Assembly (NCBI GenBank): GCA_035264885.1
Contig: DATFPK010000019.1
Coordinates: 2,885-66,884 of the forward strand
From: Solirubrobacterales bacterium
GTDB taxonomy: Bacteria; Actinomycetota; Thermoleophilia; Solirubrobacterales; 70-9
Length of the DNA: 64,000 nucleotides
Direction: 5' to 3'
Positions 63,286-64,000 of the stretch are shown in pieces. Under the pieces are notes generated by a model, which was given only the letters and a program-made list of their open reading frames with translations, searched no databases and was not told the DNA's origin. The translations under genes were made by a program, and so were the position numbers. Numbering within the stretch: the first letter of the stretch is position 1; the number at the start of each line of letters is the position of its first letter.

Positions 63286-64000
63286 GACTGCCGCCGTCGC
63301 GCCGCCGGCGCTCGCGGCCCCCGCGGTCGCCGCCGCGGTCGCGGCGCCCACCGCCGTCGCCGGAGCCGACCGTGGCCAGCTCCTCCGCGCTCTTGCCCTC
63401 GACCGCCGGGTCGTCGGAGCGGCGCAGGCCGATCCGGCCCCGCTCCTTGTCGACCTCGACGACCGTGACGTCGATCTCCTCGCCCGACTTGAGGACGTCG
63501 TCAACCGAGTCGACCCGCTCGCCGGGCTTGACGTTGGAGATGTGCAGGAGGCCGTCGGTGCCCTTCGTCAGCTCGACGAAGGCGCCGAAAGTCGTCGTCT
63601 TGACGACCTTCGCCTCCTGGTAGCGGTCGCCCACCTCGGCCTCGCGAGTCATCGCGTCGATCCGGCCGATCGTCGCCTCGACCAGGTCGCCGCTGGGCGC
63701 GTAGACGCGGACCGTCCCGTCGTCCTCGATGTCGATCTCGGCCTCGAACTCCTCCTGGAGTCCGCGGATGGTCTCGCCGCCCTTGCCGATGACCGCCCCG
63801 ATCTTTTCCGGGTCGATCTTGATCGTCTCGATCGCCGGCGCGAACTTGGAGAGCTTCTCCCTCGGACCTTCGATCGCCTCGGCCATCTTGCCGAGGATGA
63901 ACTGGCGACCTTCGTTGGCCTGGGCGAGCGCGTCGCGCAGGATGTCGAAGGTGACGCCGGTGATCTTGATGTCCATCTGCAGGGCGGTGATGCCCTCCGA
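63269..64000 (-). CDS. pnp: polyribonucleotide nucleotidyltransferase (PNPase), C-terminal part; continues beyond the window
   Basis: KH domain IGAVIGKGGETIRGL, S1 domain VVKTTTFGAFVEL, Arg/Gly-rich tail. The frame is open to base 64000. Confidence 0.95.
   Translation of the reverse strand, partial: SEGITALQMDIKITGVTFDILRDALAQANEGRQFILGKMAEAIEGPREKLSKFAPAIETIKIDPEKIGAVIGKGGETIRGLQEEFEAEIDIEDDGTVRVYAPSGDLVEATIGRIDAMTREAEVGDRYQEAKVVKTTTFGAFVELTKGTDGLLHISNVKPGERVDSVDDVLKSGEEIDVTVVEVDKERGRIGLRRSDDPAVEGKSAEELATVGSGDGGGRRDRGGDRGGRERRRRDGGSRERRR

Noticed and set aside
1-64000. CRISPR arrays, transposases, integrases, prophage genes, rRNA and tRNA genes
   Set aside because: None were seen. Short G/C-rich repeats are all explained by low-complexity coding sequence such as Gly-, Ala- or Arg-rich tails.

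Overview
Very GC-rich actinobacterial-type chromosome segment; GC content was judged by eye, not computed. Long stop-free antisense ORFs occur throughout and are artefacts. Gene content and order (ftsK, rodZ-like, cinA, thpR-recA-recX-rny, miaB-miaA-dapF-dapL, pnp-pepR-dapB-dapA-rnj, hflX-dut, murT/gatD, glnK-amt) point to a conserved core region. The presence of RNase Y suggests a deep-branching actinobacterium such as Thermoleophilia or Rubrobacteria; this is inference only. I call about 66 protein genes. I also call one c-di-AMP (ydaO-type) riboswitch, one perfect LexA/Cheo box, a Fur-family operator candidate, a STAS pseudogene remnant and one sRNA candidate. I found no rRNA, tRNA, CRISPR array, transposase or integrase. 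The most noteworthy observations are these. (1) The syntenic DapF orthologue has both catalytic cysteines replaced by serine. (2) A SAM-dependent methyltransferase is translationally coupled between murT and gatD, downstream of a lipid kinase. (3) Two genes have homology-supported N-termini that reach only a CTG forming a CTGA stop/start overlap. (4) An ABC-3 permease is fused in frame to a TroA-like lipoprotein that keeps its own GTG and lipobox. (5) A perfect SOS box sits on the start codon of an uncharacterised gene, while recA and dinB lack one. (6) Many genes follow a recurrent leaderless promoter geometry. All functional calls rest on motif recognition by eye and need database confirmation.
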